The translations under genes and the position numbers were made by a program. A stretch of DNA of 64,000 bases, from NCBI GenBank assembly GCA_018064365.1, contig JAGHVJ010000011.1, positions 13,269 to 77,268 of the forward strand, in the 5' to 3' direction. The notes under the pieces are model-generated. The model was not told the origin of the DNA, ran no database searches, and saw only the letters and a program-made list of their open reading frames with translations. This DNA comes from Candidatus Enterousia onthequi (lineage in GTDB: Bacteria > Pseudomonadota > Alphaproteobacteria > Rs-D84). Numbering within the stretch: the first letter of the stretch is position 1; every line of letters starts with the position of its first letter. Below are positions 63,639 through 64,000 of this stretch, piece after piece.

Positions 63639-64000
63639 ATGGACGAAATAAAACGAATTCTTGTAGAAAGCGGATATGATGTTCTCAAAGACTGTCCTGG
63701 GGATACATTATGTATCGTTGACCCTACTTGTGTTTGGCCCCCGCTGTTAGAATTTATACATACAGCATGGATTGTTTTGACAGTTGTTACAGCCTTTTTA
63801 TTGATTGGTTGGGCGGTGACGATGTTGCGTGGCGCAAATCATGATATGTTGAAAAACCTACGTAGTTTGTTTTTGATTTTTGGAACTTTGTCTGTTGCTT
63901 TACCGGCAGTGAATGTATTGGGGATGGGGCGCGCGATTGTCAACCATTGCGAAACCATCAAAATTTCCCAAGCACAAGTGGAAGAATTGTTAAAAATGCG
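63639..64000 (+). CDS. membrane protein, 5' part (runs off the right edge)
   Basis: My own translation from the ATG at 63639 is open to the window end: MDEIKRILVESGYDVLKDCPGDTLCIVDPTCVWPPLLEFIHTAWIVLTVVTAFLLIGWAVTMLRG...LFLIFGTLSVALPAVNVLG. Two hydrophobic segments. Confidence 0.4.
   Translation, partial: MDEIKRILVESGYDVLKDCPGDTLCIVDPTCVWPPLLEFIHTAWIVLTVVTAFLLIGWAVTMLRGANHDMLKNLRSLFLIFGTLSVALPAVNVLGMGRAIVNHCETIKISQAQVEELLKM

Overview
This is an AT-rich bacterial chromosome segment. The gene content (zapA plus an upstream coiled-coil gene, priA, miaA, gap, cysS, parC, a long thyX, rpmG, an orphan virB11-like ATPase, and several very large orphan proteins) suggests an alphaproteobacterium-like, possibly host-associated lineage, but that is inference only. 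No database search was run; every call rests on motifs read in the supplied translations or in the DNA.

The left half (1 to about 32 kb) is accessory DNA. A 5'-truncated tRNA-Asn(GUU) fragment at 1160-1205 lies between two divergent tyrosine integrase genes. It starts a roughly 20.7 kb integrative island (about 1202-21955) bounded by a 12-nt direct repeat. The island carries:
- a replication-like module (SF3 helicase-like P-loop protein, HUH endonuclease-like protein, tandem 16-mers, an extreme A/T tract);
- anti-restriction-like small genes (DUF3768-like, acidic 79 aa);
- a GmrSD-type (DUF262/DUF1524) type IV restriction enzyme;
- one long minus-strand operon in which a type I R-M system (half-size hsdS, hsdM, full hsdS, hsdR, DUF45/HExxH protein) is interrupted by three non-RM genes (DUF3800-like, a 312-aa orphan, a DUF4263/Shedu-like PD-(D/E)xK protein), with hipBA upstream.

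From about 21956 to 31995 lies a second, integrase-less accessory segment. It contains an approximately 8.8 kb cassette flanked by two copies of an approximately 84-nt hairpin-forming repeat. The centrepiece is a tightly coupled six-gene operon that I cannot assign to a known pathway: zeta-toxin-like kinase, RelA/SpoT-type HD hydrolase, Leu/Phe/Val-dehydrogenase-like enzyme, AsnB-like amidotransferase, short ANL adenylating enzyme, SDR. A Nudix-ASCH fusion gene and another tRNA-Asn-like att fragment follow.

The right half (32-64 kb) is mostly core genes: cysS, priA, miaA, gap, tRNA-Asp, tRNA-Leu, rpmG, parC, thyX, zapA. Between them are lineage-specific genes: two proteins over 1000 aa, an Ntn-hydrolase lipoprotein, LysR and HTH regulators, a three-gene family of secreted paralogues sharing a near-identical C-terminal module, a trigger-factor-like PPIase lipoprotein and a VirB11-like ATPase. 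I saw no CRISPR array, rRNA gene or transposase.
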